Shown: in pieces, positions 24,798 through 36,588 of the stretch | Layout of the letters: each line of letters opens with the position of its first letter | Position numbering within the stretch: position 1 is the first letter of the stretch | Source: Cladosporium halotolerans | Taxonomy: Eukaryota | Assembly: GCF_011745625.1 (NCBI RefSeq) | Contig: NW_027191464.1 | Coordinates: forward strand, 248,001-312,000 | DNA length: 64,000 bases | Reading direction: 5' to 3' | Program-made: the position numbers and the translations under genes | The notes under the pieces: model-generated | The model's input: the letters and a program-made list of their open reading frames with translations, nothing else | What the model was told of the DNA's origin: nothing | The model's database searches: none

Positions 24798-25415
24798 GGT
24801 TGCAGGATGTGAGGGGTCGGTTGGTGGGTTTGCTTTGAGATTTGGCCGATTGAATGGTTCCTGGCTGTTCGGCCCTGATTCTTGTTTTTTATTTTATTTA
24901 ATCTGGCAGTGATGGATGCCTCTTGAGTGGCGAGTGATCGATTGATGTACTGTGTGGAGTGAGAGCGCATATCCGGGGTTAATAAGCTCAGGACTGCGGG
25001 GATATGGATACCTCGCTGTACCCGCAAGCGAACGTGAGGCGAGGGTCAGACGGACCGAGGCATCTTCTGTCGGGAATACTTTGGGCTTACTTCGTCTCAT
25101 GACTTTTCAATAATCAGCCAGCGAACATTCGACTATGAACCGGGCACCATCGAGGGTGCCTTCGAAGCTTGAGACTGACGAAAGACTCTCGGGAAGAGTT
25201 ACGAGGAAGGCCCATTGATCCGCATGCACGCTTGTGAACGATTATGGTTCAAGGAGTGCACCTGTACTGCCGTTACATCTCATTGGATTCTATAGGGGTG
25301 AGCACATTCTTCGTTCGTTAAACCGCGCAAAAGAAAAGGGAAAAGGTTCCTTGTTTTGAAGGGAAGAGGGTGAGAGGAAGCAAAAGGATATCTCTCAATC
25401 GGAGAGATGTTCTGT

Positions 25416-25487
25416 TGACCGACGCAGGGATCGAACCTGCAATCTCTTGATTCGTAGTCAAGCGCCTTGCCATTGGGCCAGCCGGCC
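25416..25487 (-). tRNA. tRNA-Arg (anticodon ACG), intronless, 72 nt
   Basis: GGCCGGCTGGCCCAATGGCAAGGCGCTTGACTACGAATCAAGAGATTGCAGGTTCGATCCCTGCGTCGGTCA: acceptor stem GGCCGGC/GTCGGTC, anticodon stem CTTGA/TCAAG around CT-ACG-AA, T-loop GTTCGATCC; TTTT about 30 nt downstream. Confidence 0.97.
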
Positions 25488-27616
25488 TAGTTCATGCTGA
25501 CGGAACGTCTTGTACAACATATGATTCTTTGCGTTTGGGCGACAGCCCCATTGACTCGCTCGCAACCCTCCTGGTCATCCGTGCTCTGTTCCTTTGCTGG
25601 GGTTTCCTGTCAAATCGCGTGCACGGGGTCAAAATGACAATGTCAAATTGTGACGTGTGAAATTTCTGAAGGATTCACGACACCGTGCGAGCCGTCTAGC
25701 AGGCACGGCCTCAATCCCTGGAAGATATTTGTCGGAATGACATATCGTCGTCGTGTCATCGACTCATCGGGCAGCGTTTGTGTCAGCGAAGCTCGTCGCG
25801 GACGAGGCCCAAACTCAAGGTCTCCGGCTCGCGGGCGGAGACAGCATCCGAAGCGAGACCGTAGGAGTGAAGGACTATGCATGCATGGCGGGATCGGCGC
25901 GTGAAATGTGATGATCCGGCAGTACGATGGCAAGTACCGTACTGTACCTGCAATAGCAAAGCCAGGTATTCATCTCGATGCCTTCCAGACCGACTGCTGC
26001 GGTCTTGCGCCACGTTCTCCTTCGGGGAAGCACGCGTGGGGGAAGGATTTCGAGATATCAGGCCAAGTGACAGATTGTGAGACATGAGCAGGGTGGAGAT
26101 TGATGTGCCTCTGGCAACCGGGTGCCAGCCTGCTCTATTTGCGGCAGGGGGGCCGCTATCCGGCTGTTGTGAGTTGCGCAACCTCGTGGCGTGGAAGGCG
26201 AGGGCCAAGCGGCGGTTGCCGCGGAGCACAGCTGAGACAGGGGGGCTCTATTCGCATTGAGACCGCACCTCGTGCTGACGGCAGCGCTACGGCAGGTACA
26301 GTGCTTTTTCTCTATTACAGTTCCGCATTCGACTAGGTGCGACGCCTCTGTCCCAGGAACAGTCGATGAGGCTCACTTTGCGTACGTGTTGCGGTCGGTA
26401 CCCGCCGAGGGTAAGGTAGTCCAGCCCCCAATCCTGCCAAATGGAAAACGGCGCCCTAGGCCGCTTTCGCGCACACCAAGCTAATAGTGCCATTTCGCTC
26501 GCTGCGAGAACGGTGGCGTCGAGAGAAAATCCTGTACCCAGAACCTGGTAACACCCTTGGAGCAGATCATGAGATCACGGCGGAGGTCGGGGACCGCTTC
26601 CGTGCTGTAGGCACTCGCTACCCAAAAGCATCCTTGACTCGAGACCCAAGCCATTCAGGCAGCCACACAACCAGCTGTCGGGCGCGCCGTGCAGCCTCAC
26701 AGCCTTGCGACCGCATGTATGGCGAAGGGCATGCAGTATCTCGGCCACCTGTCAGCCATCCTGATTCACCTGCGTGGGATTAAAGGGGATGTGATAGTGT
26801 TGCGCAAAAAGGCGAAGGGCAAAAGGCGCCGCCCGAGCCCTTTTTTCCAGCCAGGCGTCTCAGATCGTGAGACGCGGCATCCGTGCCCGCGCCATCGAGG
26901 ACCCGATACTCGGACGGCCACGTGCGCGCCTCACCTTTTCGAGGAAACTGACCAACGGCCGCCCCGAGCAGGTGTTCGCGCTGGGCAAACGCCTTTTCCG
27001 TTGTCTCAGCCGCCCGCGGCGCTTTGCTTTGGTGCCGAGTGGTACCCTTAGGGATAGGCGCTTGCTAAAGGCAGCAAGCGAAACGCCAGCCTTCCTGAGG
27101 GCTGGAAATGCCACTACCGACTCCTCCGATTGGGCACCGTTGTTTGCCCATTATGACTGTGAGCCCATAAAATGGCAGGGATGTGAACGGCACTGCCTTC
27201 GGACACCCACGCCGGCCTGTCAACATCATGGCCTAGAGCTGGGGCCAGCCTGATAGCCTCGCAAGCCAGCTGGTCGGGCGCGCGTTTGGCTAGGGTGATC
27301 CCGACTTGTCTTAGATATTGCTGTGTGCTGCCTGGGCCTGTGAGTATAACATAAGGGAGACCTCCGCGAACTCTCGCTTCTCTCACCAATTGACGACATC
27401 GACACACCACGCTCTCTACCAACACGCTTTCTAGACACTCCTTTGGCCACAACCATCGACTCAAGTCACCTACCAGACAACCTTAACTTTACCGTCACCA
27501 TCACCGTCAACACTACCAGGAAACTTACCAACTACGACTACTACGATTCCAATCGCGACCACGACAAGCATCAAACAAGCATCACCAACATTTTCGACAA
27601 CCAAATCTCACTAGCA

Positions 27617-28033
27617 ATGGACCATCTTTGCCCTCGTCTCTCCTTCCCTCTGGCACCTTGCCTGCAGTGTTGCCTCTCTGGCAGTCTGCCGTCGACCGAA
27701 CCGAAGCCTCAGACTGGCCGCCGCTCCAACTCCATCCAATCTGTTGTCTTCCCCATGCCGCCCAAGTCAGTACGACCGGCCAAGTCAACTCAGTGGACTA
27801 AGAACGCCGACAAACGCTCTCGTCGCCCCAAGCTCAGCCTCCAGACTCGCCTGTCTTCCATCCCGCAGAAGCAGGTCATGGATGAGCTCTCCCTCAGCCT
27901 CGCCGCCTTCTGTTGGCAGCAGAAGGAGTCCACCCAGCCTCAGCCTCAGGCGCCTGCTGTGCGATCGATGAGAAAGGACTCGGCCACCGCACCCTGGCTC
28001 GAGCCCATCAGCCAGGTCCAGGCCAACACTTGA
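27617..28033 (+). CDS. Small hypothetical protein, 138 aa (no recognised family)
   Basis: GCA-ATG-G start context, C-ending codon bias, TATA-like TATAACATAA near 27344 followed by a C/A-rich leader. Confidence 0.55.
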   Translation: MDHLCPRLSFPLAPCLQCCLSGSLPSTEPKPQTGRRSNSIQSVVFPMPPKSVRPAKSTQWTKNADKRSRRPKLSLQTRLSSIPQKQVMDELSLSLAAFCWQQKESTQPQPQAPAVRSMRKDSATAPWLEPISQVQANT

Positions 28034-29220
28034 ACGACTGGCAACCGATCGACTGCGACGGCATTCCCCGCCATCAGATCGTATTTCACTTCTCCACTCT
28101 CTCCGCAAGACTGTATCGAAGCGCGAACATTCGAATGCACAGCAGGTCTGTCCTGCATTGAGGAAGCACCACCGAACGGCTCCAAGTAGTCACCGGATGG
28201 TCTTCCTTCGCCCGTCAGATTTTCCTTGGACCGAAGAATATCTCTACCGCAGATCTTTCGCGAGGCAGCGTCAAGAAGAACGCTGACACCACCTTGAGAT
28301 CGCGAGTGCAACTCCAGTGCGATTCTATCTCACCATTCGCTCGTGGCAACGTCCACGGAAGACGAGGCTGTCATTTCCACTTCCTTCTCGAACACATCAC
28401 AACGAGACTGCTAGTTGCACGCCTGTATTGCTTGGACAAAGAAAGCTAGGGGAGGGAAGATGCGAGCAGACTGATCGTGTCTGCGTTTTCTAATACAATA
28501 TTACCCCGGCTGGTCTGGCAATACTCAAAAGTAAAGCACTTGCTTCACTTGCTCCATGAGAACATTTAATTTACTCTTATGTACCTTCCGAACATTTACA
28601 ATCTTTCACAACTGCAGCCCAATGATTGACAGTGCATATTCCATAATTGCCGAGGATCAGTTGAGTCGTTGCTCTAGATGTCTAATTGTCTAATCACACC
28701 CGTCATCAAATCCTCGGCAAGATTCACTTGGATGTCGGTTCCCCTCCGGACCTGCGGCCGAAAAACCTTGGTATACGCCAGCGGCAACGCGGATTGGAGG
28801 GAATGATGCCTGGATGCCTTAAGTTTGGCCTTGCATGTGACAGCGAAGGGTCTTCCCCAGCCGAAAGCGCCCGGAGGAAAGAGAACGCACCGGGTGCACT
28901 ACCGGGTCCAAGCGTCGGACTTCCAGATGGGCACGGAAGGAAATCAGCCTCGACAGTCATTTGCCTCGCTTCTCTCCACCACCACCCATCCCATCGACAC
29001 ACGACGCTCTGACGAATCTCACGACCGCCACGCGCCCCTGAGCATCACAGCGACTACACCCGCCGATTGCGGCCGACGAAAAGCTATACACCGACAGCCT
29101 CCTGATCACGCGACACCCATCCGAAGGCTTCGCGCCGTTTTCATTTTTTCGCGACCACACGTCTAGTATCCGCGACGACAAGTTGAGCTCGGCCTCGCAG
29201 TCTATTTGTCCGCCAGCAAA

Positions 29221-29855
29221 ATGAAGATCTTCTCTGCCCGCCACGAGTATAACTACTCCTGGGAAGAGGTCTCCACCAACAACTGGCGCAAGTACTGCCC
29301 TTGGAACGACAAGGCCGAGCATGTCATCGGAGTGGACGTGTTGAGTCGGTCGCTCGACAAGAGCACTGGCATCGTAAGTGACTCCTGATTGCGACGAGCC
29401 ACCAGCCGCAGCAGCACAGACAGATCACTAATGGCCTTCTCTCACAGCTCCGCACTGAGCGCCTCATCACCTGCAAGCAAGCCCTGCCCTCATGGCTGAA
29501 GTCCTTCTTCGGCTCGAACGACACCAGCCTCGTCTACGAAGTCTCCTACGTCAACCCGCGCGAGAAGTCCGTCACCATGTGCTCGCAGAACCTCACCTGG
29601 AGCGAGCTGCTGTCCGTGCAAGAGACCGTCCGCTACACCGCCGGCAACAGCCCGGGCAAGACCAACTTCGACCAGACGGCCAAGATCATTGCGCTGTGCG
29701 GCGGCTGGCAGAAGATCAAGAACAGCATCGAGGAGGCGACCGTCGACCGCTTCAGCAAGAACGCGGCTAAGGGCCGCGAGGGCTTCGAGCGCGTCCTGGC
29801 CATTTCCAGGGAGGCGTTTGCCGAGCAGTGCAGGCAGCAGAAGCTGGTTGCTTGA
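29221..29855 (+). CDS. UPS2: PRELI/MSF1-domain mitochondrial intermembrane lipid-transfer protein Ups2; exons 29221-29373, 29448-29855
   Basis: MKIFSARHEYNYSWEEVSTNNWRKYCPWND...HVIGVDVLSR...GI-LRTERLITCKQ...MCSQNLTW...RFSKNAAKGREGFERVL. Confidence 0.92.
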
Positions 29856-30338
29856 GGGAGTAATGTCTTCCAAAGCGAAAAAGAAGGAGGTGCTAGAGGA
29901 TTTGCATTTTGACATTTTGTCTGCGTTTCAGCGAGCGGGCATGTGGTGGCGTTTCTATTTGATTCTGCGCTGGGCGTGGAACCCAGCGGCACCACTGCGG
30001 ACATCATGTCCTGAAGAAAAGCAATTTTGCGGGTTTGGCGAGCGAGCGTGTATTGATTATCATGGGCTTGCTGGCATCGGATACCTATTTGATACACCAC
30101 TCGGTTTCTTTCGGTTTTTGAGATTGAGCGGCAAAAACGTCCCTCGGCCATATACACGAAAAGAAAATACATGGAATAAATTTAGTTCATTAACATCATG
30201 CCTGGCTGTTCAGACATATTCCTCCAATGCCCAACAGATCCACACTTTAAATGTCTCGGGAAAACGGTTTAGACTTGCATATCCAAAATGAAGGTGGAAC
30301 TGATCGACTCTTACGCGTGAAGCAATCCACCTGTTCCA

Positions 30339-30579
30339 CTACGCCCCATAAGGCCTAGAGAACACCAACCCCACCATCCGTCTGCCTCACACTCCCAATC
30401 ATCCAGTCATTCTCAAACCCTCGCAACGCCCACCGGCGACACGAACCGCCCAGCAGGATACTGACTCACAGTGCATCAAAGTTCTTCGCCCACCCATGCT
30501 CCCCCTCATCCAGCGCCTCCTTCTGCTTAACAAGATTCTCAACGACAAGAGCGACTTTCGACACAACGAAGGGCCACAT
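30339..30579 (-). CDS. Candidate 50-aa microprotein; exons 30579-30470, 30381-30339
   Basis: AAAATCAAC-ATG context and a strong GTGAGT donor; spliced product MWPFVVSKVALVVENLVKQKEALDEGEHGWAKNFDALRMVGLVFSRPYGA*. The branch site is weak and no homology is recognised. Confidence 0.35.
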
Positions 30580-31272
30580 GTTGATTTTAGGAGATAGATT
30601 ATGATGAGGAGCAATTGAATACGAGGCATTCTGCTGGAATTACCTTTGCATGTTCAAACAAGCCTTTTACGTATGTCCCGGAGCTGGGAGAGAATTCAGA
30701 GCTGAAAGCTGAGGCCTATGCGGCTGAGACTGTGTGGAATGAGATTATACATTATGAGGGAGGTCCACTTCGCCTCAATAAACACTAGGAAGCTCCTGAT
30801 TAATGGGAGGTGCTCGAGGCTTCCAGTTCGGGGTTGACCGCAGGCCGGAGAAGGCCTCGTAGGTTGGGATACAATAGAGGACGGAGGGTTCATCGAAACT
30901 CAATGATTTCACGCGCGAATCGAACATAATTGGCATATGCATATGCGACGACTCTGTGTTTTATTTGAAGTGAAGTCGGCACGAGACGTTTGCTCGGCGA
31001 AGCGAAACAGGCGTGACGTTGGTGGGGCTTTCGAACAGCCCCTCCATTCTTCGGAGGCATCGCAGCGGAGGGCAGCCAGATGACTGTGCAAGAGAAATTG
31101 AATCTTCACACAGAATCACACACCACCACTACCACCTCTCAGTCTCGTCGCCTTTGTCTCTCTTAATCTCACAGTCGCATACTACTAGAGTAAAATCAAT
31201 CCTACAATCGCCGCGCCTCATCGCGCACACGTCGCAATCGCAAGAGCCGCACACCATCGGCAGCGAAACATT

Positions 31273-33207
31273 ATGGCTGGTGTAAAGAAGGAAATCCTCC
31301 CGGAGGAGGGCAAGAACAACATCCTGATCACATCCGCTCTGCCTTACGTCAACAATGTGCCTCATTTGGGCAACGTGATTGGCAGCGTTCTGTCAGCGGA
31401 TGTCTTTGCCCGTTACTGCAAGGCGCGCGGCTACCCTACGCTCTACGTTTGCGGCACCGACGAGTACGGTACTGCTACTGAGACCAAGGCGATCGAGGAG
31501 GGTGTCACGCCCGAACAGCTTTGCGACAAGTACAACAAATTGCACAAGGAGGTCTACGACTGGTTTGAAATTGAGTTCGACCACTTTGGTCGCACCCCGA
31601 CTCAGCAGCAGACGGATATTGCGCAGGACATCTTCAACAAGCTCAACGACAATGGCTACCTCGAGGAGCGCGAGACCACTCAGCCCTACTGCGAGAAGCA
31701 CAAGGGTTTCCTGGCCGACCGTTTTGTGGAAGGCGAATGCCCTCTGTGCGCCTATCCAGACGCCAGAGGTGACCAGTGCGATAAGTGCGGCCACCTGCTC
31801 GACCCGCTGGATCTGAAGAACCCCAAATGCAAGCTCGACGGCGCGACTCCCGAGGCGCGAAAGACGAAGCACGTTTTCATTCTTCTGGACAAGCTGCAGG
31901 AGGCGGTAGGTCAGTGGTCGGAGAAGAGCAGCACAGAGGGTGGCTGGAGTGAGAACGGCATCAACATCACCAAGTCGTGGATCAGGGAGGGTCTGAAGCC
32001 CCGTGGTATCACCAGAGATTTGAAGTGGGGCACTGCCGTCCCTCTGCCTGGCTACGAGGACAAAGTGCTGTACGTTTGGTTTGACGCATGCATTGGATAC
32101 GTTTCTATCACCGCCACATACACCGAGCACTGGGAGAAGTGGTGGCGCAACCCTGAGCAGGTGAAGCTGTATCAGTTCATGGGCAAGGACAACGTTCCTT
32201 TCCACACTGTGGTCTTCCCTTGCTCCCAGCTTGGTACCAAGGACAAGTGGACCATGCTTAACCACCTGTCGACGACCGAGTACCTCAACTACGAGCGCGG
32301 CAAGTTCAGCAAGAGCCGTGGTGTTGGTGTTTTCGGCAACAGCGCCAAGGACACTGGTATCGCTGCGGATGTGTGGCGCTACTTCCTCCTCCTCAGAAGA
32401 CCCGAGACGAGCGACACCGAGTTCGAGTGGGATGGCTTCATCGCCGCCAACAACAACGAGCTCGTCGCCAACTTCGGCAATTTCGTCAACCGCATCCTCA
32501 AGTACGTCAACTCCGCCAACTACGACTCCGTCGTGCCCGCGCCGCCCAAACTTTCCGAGGACAGCGACCTCTACAAGGCGCTCGAGCAGCACAAGGCCGA
32601 CGTCAACGCCAAGCTAAAGGAGTACCGCGACGCCTTCGAGGGTGTGCACCTCAAGCAAGCCCTCATCACCGCCCGCGAACTCTCCTCGCTCGGCAACCGC
32701 CTCCTCCAAGAAAACAAGCTGGACAACAACCTGTTCGCCAACGAGCGCGAGCGCTGCGACGCCGTCGTCTACCTGGCCGTCAACCACGTGCACCTGCTCG
32801 CGTCCGCCATCGCGCCCTACCTGCCCGCGACCACGCGCGCCATCCTCGCCCAGCTGCAGACGGAGCTGCTCATCATCCCCGACGAGTGGCAGGCCAACTC
32901 CATCCCCGGCGGCCACCGCATCGGCAAGGCCGCGCACCTGTTCAAGACTATTAAGCCGGAGAAGGAGAAGGAGTGGCGCGAGCTGTTCGGCGGCCAGGAG
33001 CTGCAGAAGCAGAAGGCTGAGAAGGAGGCTAAGGCTGCGGCTCGCAAGGCGGAGAAGGAGCGCAAGAAGGCTAAGAAGGCGGCCGAGAGGGGCCAGGCTG
33101 GTGTGGAGGATGCGGAGAAGGGTGGGAAGCAGACGGAGCCGAAGGCTGGCGATGCTGTGGAGGAGGTCACGAAGGGTACTGAGCAGGTTACTCTGCAGAC
33201 CAGCTAG
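31273..33207 (+). CDS. MES1: Cytoplasmic methionyl-tRNA synthetase, single exon, 644 aa
   Basis: ITSALPYVNNVPHLGN (HIGH), GTDEYG, zinc knuckle CPLC...ARGDQCDKCG, YVWFDA, GKDNVPFH, KFSKS (KMSKS); Lys/Ala-rich tail. Confidence 0.98.
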   Translation: MAGVKKEILPEEGKNNILITSALPYVNNVPHLGNVIGSVLSADVFARYCKARGYPTLYVCGTDEYGTATETKAIEEGVTPEQLCDKYNKLHKEVYDWFEIEFDHFGRTPTQQQTDIAQDIFNKLNDNGYLEERETTQPYCEKHKGFLADRFVEGECPLCAYPDARGDQCDKCGHLLDPLDLKNPKCKLDGATPEARKTKHVFILLDKLQEAVGQWSEKSSTEGGWSENGINITKSWIREGLKPRGITRDLKWGTAVPLPGYEDKVLYVWFDACIGYVSITATYTEHWEKWWRNPEQVKLYQFMGKDNVPFHTVVFPCSQLGTKDKWTMLNHLSTTEYLNYERGKFSKSRGVGVFGNSAKDTGIAADVWRYFLLLRRPETSDTEFEWDGFIAANNNELVANFGNFVNRILKYVNSANYDSVVPAPPKLSEDSDLYKALEQHKADVNAKLKEYRDAFEGVHLKQALITARELSSLGNRLLQENKLDNNLFANERERCDAVVYLAVNHVHLLASAIAPYLPATTRAILAQLQTELLIIPDEWQANSIPGGHRIGKAAHLFKTIKPEKEKEWRELFGGQELQKQKAEKEAKAAARKAEKERKKAKKAAERGQAGVEDAEKGGKQTEPKAGDAVEEVTKGTEQVTLQTS

Positions 33208-33499
33208 ACGATGAATCAGTTGTTGAGAATTGGGGTTGCGGGCCGGTTGAGCGAGGCGTTACGGGTTGGGAAGATGGTGTGCGATTCAGCAGATTTGCGC
33301 TGTAGACGCACCGCTTGGACGTGGACTTTGAATTGCATGGCTATACGAAAAGAAACGGAAGACGAGAAAGATTCGATAGAAGAATGTTCGGCGAGATATC
33401 AGAGAATTCCAAGACACGGCTTCAACGCCCAATATCGCACTCAACTCTACGGTGTCACCTTACACCTCACATTTCTCACGCTCCACATCCCATCACACC

Positions 33500-35041
33500 T
33501 CACACCTCCAAACCCAAACCCCCCTCCACAACCCCCTGCACCCTCCCCAAAAAGTCCTCCACCTCTCTCCTCTCATGGTACGCCTCATTGTACGCAACGC
33601 TCAACCTCAGCTCGCCCCTAAACGTGCCCAAAAACGCCCCCAGCCCCGTCCCCAGCTCCTCCCCCGTCACCCACGGATCCCACACCTCGAGCTCCCCGCT
33701 CCGCGCCGGGACGATCTCGTCCACTCTTCCCATGCTCGAAATCGACACGGACGGCGACGCATTCGGCGCCGGCAGCGGAGGCGGCTCGCGCGAGGCCCAG
33801 TCTTTGACGCGCGGGTCGGTGGGCGTCGCGAGCGTGAAGTAGTGCGGGACTAAAGGGGGGTGGGCCGCGTCGGAGCGGATGGCGGTGTAGTAGTTTTTCA
33901 CGAGGGGCGCGAGGCGGGCGAAGTCGGCGGCGGCGGGCTGGGGCGTTGGGTGGATGGTGAGGTCGAGCGCGAGGTGGGCGCCGGCCGTCGAGTGGTAGAC
34001 TGCCGCGGCGTGGGAGGGCGTGTTGTACGGTGGGCTGCAGTGGGCGCGTTCGTTGATGAGGCTGTAGTTTATGTAGCGTTTCTGGGTGGGCGTGGGGACC
34101 GGGGGTTGGATGTCGCGGAGGGCGATGGCGATGGCTGTGTGGTAGGCGTGGGTTACGCTTAGGGAGGCGGCGCGGCAGGCTTGGAGGATTGCGGTGGTTT
34201 TGGAGGCGGAGAGGGTTGTGGAGACGCGTTGGTGTTTGCCGGGTGTCGGGGAGGTTTGGTTGAACGGGACGGTGAGGGTGGGGAGGTCGCGGCGCAGGGA
34301 GGCGTTTGATGCGGTGATGTCTTCAATACGTTCTAGTTGTTGAGGTGTTATGGCGCCTGGGAGATTGGCTGCTACTCGAAAGGATGGAGAGATATTTTTG
34401 TGTTCGTCGCCAAAGAGTGGCATTGGCGATATGCTGTCGTGGCTCGAGTAGGCATCTGATGCGTGTTTGATGAGGTTGTTGAAGAGCATCAAAGTGCCGA
34501 TGCCGTCGATGATGTCGTGAGGCGCTCGAAAGACCAGATCACGACGGACGATCTGCCGAGCTATCCCATCAACCAGGGACTCCGAAGTCTTGAGCACAAA
34601 CAGCGTTGGAAGTCGAGGCAGAGGTGGGTCGGAATTGCACCACTCGAGGCCAGTCTTCTCGGTGAACACTGGTCGAAATGTGCTATCAAGCCAGGCATCG
34701 AGACCACCCTGCCCTTTCGCTTGCAGATCCACAGACTCGTAAATCTTCCGAGGTTGTTGACCGCGGAACTCGACCCAAGAGGCCAATGTGGGATGGTCGT
34801 ATCGCAGTCTCAGCCAAGCCGACCGCAAACATTGCTCAAGCTTGCTCTCACATTCGTCCAGGCGCTGATTAGGTGGCACCTCCAGCGTGATCGAGACATG
34901 GCCCATGATTGCAAAGAAGTGCCGACCACTCGCAGCATATTGTTTGTCGAGAGCGAGATAGAATTGCTCTATTTCGTCCGTGTCTCGTTCCCAGCGGCCC
35001 GGTTTGACTTCTTGCCAGGCAAATCTGTCTATTGAGCCCAT
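33500..35041 (-). CDS. CoA-dependent acyltransferase, Tri3 (15-O-acetyltransferase)-like, 513 aa
   Basis: Single ORF with AWLRLRYDHPTLAS, HxxxDG motif (HDIIDGIG), SISSMGRVD and TFRGELRLSVAYNEAYH. Family from recalled motifs. Confidence 0.8.
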   Translation of the reverse strand: MGSIDRFAWQEVKPGRWERDTDEIEQFYLALDKQYAASGRHFFAIMGHVSITLEVPPNQRLDECESKLEQCLRSAWLRLRYDHPTLASWVEFRGQQPRKIYESVDLQAKGQGGLDAWLDSTFRPVFTEKTGLEWCNSDPPLPRLPTLFVLKTSESLVDGIARQIVRRDLVFRAPHDIIDGIGTLMLFNNLIKHASDAYSSHDSISPMPLFGDEHKNISPSFRVAANLPGAITPQQLERIEDITASNASLRRDLPTLTVPFNQTSPTPGKHQRVSTTLSASKTTAILQACRAASLSVTHAYHTAIAIALRDIQPPVPTPTQKRYINYSLINERAHCSPPYNTPSHAAAVYHSTAGAHLALDLTIHPTPQPAAADFARLAPLVKNYYTAIRSDAAHPPLVPHYFTLATPTDPRVKDWASREPPPLPAPNASPSVSISSMGRVDEIVPARSGELEVWDPWVTGEELGTGLGAFLGTFRGELRLSVAYNEAYHERREVEDFLGRVQGVVEGGLGLEV

Positions 35042-36588
35042 CTTGATGGTCTACTTCGTTGAACCACTTCGTATTCAGAGGGAAACGTTAGTCAATGGCA
35101 CGCAGGGCTCAGATATACGGATACGTAGCCACATGTGGACACAACAATGGGCGTGAAGGCGGGACGACGGGCCGACATACATTCTCGCGTGAGGTCGATC
35201 AAACACAGGTATGCCATGGATATCACAAGATACAGGTCAAAACGTTACTTGAAGATGCTGTCTCGTCTTGAGGTGGAGACACGACAGGCAGACAAGGTCC
35301 ATCGGGAAGAGCTGGCCGAGGCCGAGGGCATACTGCACAGCGGCATGGAATACCCACAAAAGGATGTTTTCTCAGTTCCTGTGATGCGGTTCCGAGCAAG
35401 CCGAGTAGTACTGATTATTGTGAAACAAGGCAGACAATTTCCCTCGTCGTCTCTGCTCTCTGCCTCCAGGTGCCTGGAGGGCCCGACGTGCCGGGAGATT
35501 TCCACGTGCAAGGCTTCGGCGTTTGTCCATGTCGGCAATTGGGTGCAACGGTGGAGGCGCTGCGGTCGGCTCCACGAAAGCAACACGACTCGCTGTGTGC
35601 ACGAGGGATACCTTACGTTTGCCTCCATCAAAATACAAGAGCATAAGGACCTCAACAGCTTCTTGAGGCGCCAGAGAAGTGGCTCCAGTCCTCTAGACTC
35701 CCGTCGCGTCTTCCTCGTGCCCCAGGCTCACCGCAGCTCTTGCGGAGACTCCGCCCTGAGGAAGCAGCAGCTGATCACCTTCTCTCGTGCGTCGCGAGTC
35801 GGTTCGCGTTAAGCGACACGATGTACCGCTTGCTCGTCTTCTAGTCGCTCTTCTGGTATCCCAGCCCAAGCGCAAGATGTCGCCTTGCGAGCTGAATGCC
35901 CTCTAGTGGATCCTGGGAAACTGTATGCAAAGACAAACCTAACTTCAAACGGGACTCGCGCCGTTTCTCCGCACCTCAGACATTACCCGGACCATCCTAT
36001 CCCTGCCCCTCTATCCCCAAGTCGGCCGCCAAGTCGACGAAGTCATGTCAGCCTGCCTCCCCGGCGTGCTGTGCGAGCTGCACTTCCGGGCGAGAGTCAA
36101 CCATGGTCACATCCTCCACCTCGGAGAAATGCCGGCAACTGGCAGTATCCGTAGAGCAGGCCACTCTCAAGGATACGAGCAACAGCCACGCGATCTGTAA
36201 GCTATGTCTGCCACCGCGTAATAGATGCTCTTGGGTACCTTGCAGCTCTGCCAGCCACCGTAAGCTATACCATCACCGGGCAGGCGGCCAGGATTTGGGA
36301 TTCAGTCCTCGTGTCCCACATATTACTCCGTTACCCCATTTGTTAGTGAACTGGGCGAGAATGGAGAATAGTGGAGCGCGATTTTGACTGCGACCATGCA
36401 CTCCTCTTTCTGCAAGCGATCGCCGAGCCGGTCGACGATCCGCAGCCATGTGCGCCGGCCGTTGGAGAAAAAAAAATTAATAGACATATAAGTATCACCG
36501 CCGCCTGCCTCGTCCGGTCAATCCTGCAAGCGAGCGTGTCTCACTCTTCGCGCGTTCGACATCAGTAAGAGCAGACTTGCAGCACAAC

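Noticed and set aside
35135..36387. ORFs of 90-225 aa between the acyltransferase and GH3 genes
   Set aside because: No recognisable domain or codon bias. A decayed gene cannot be excluded without BLASTx.
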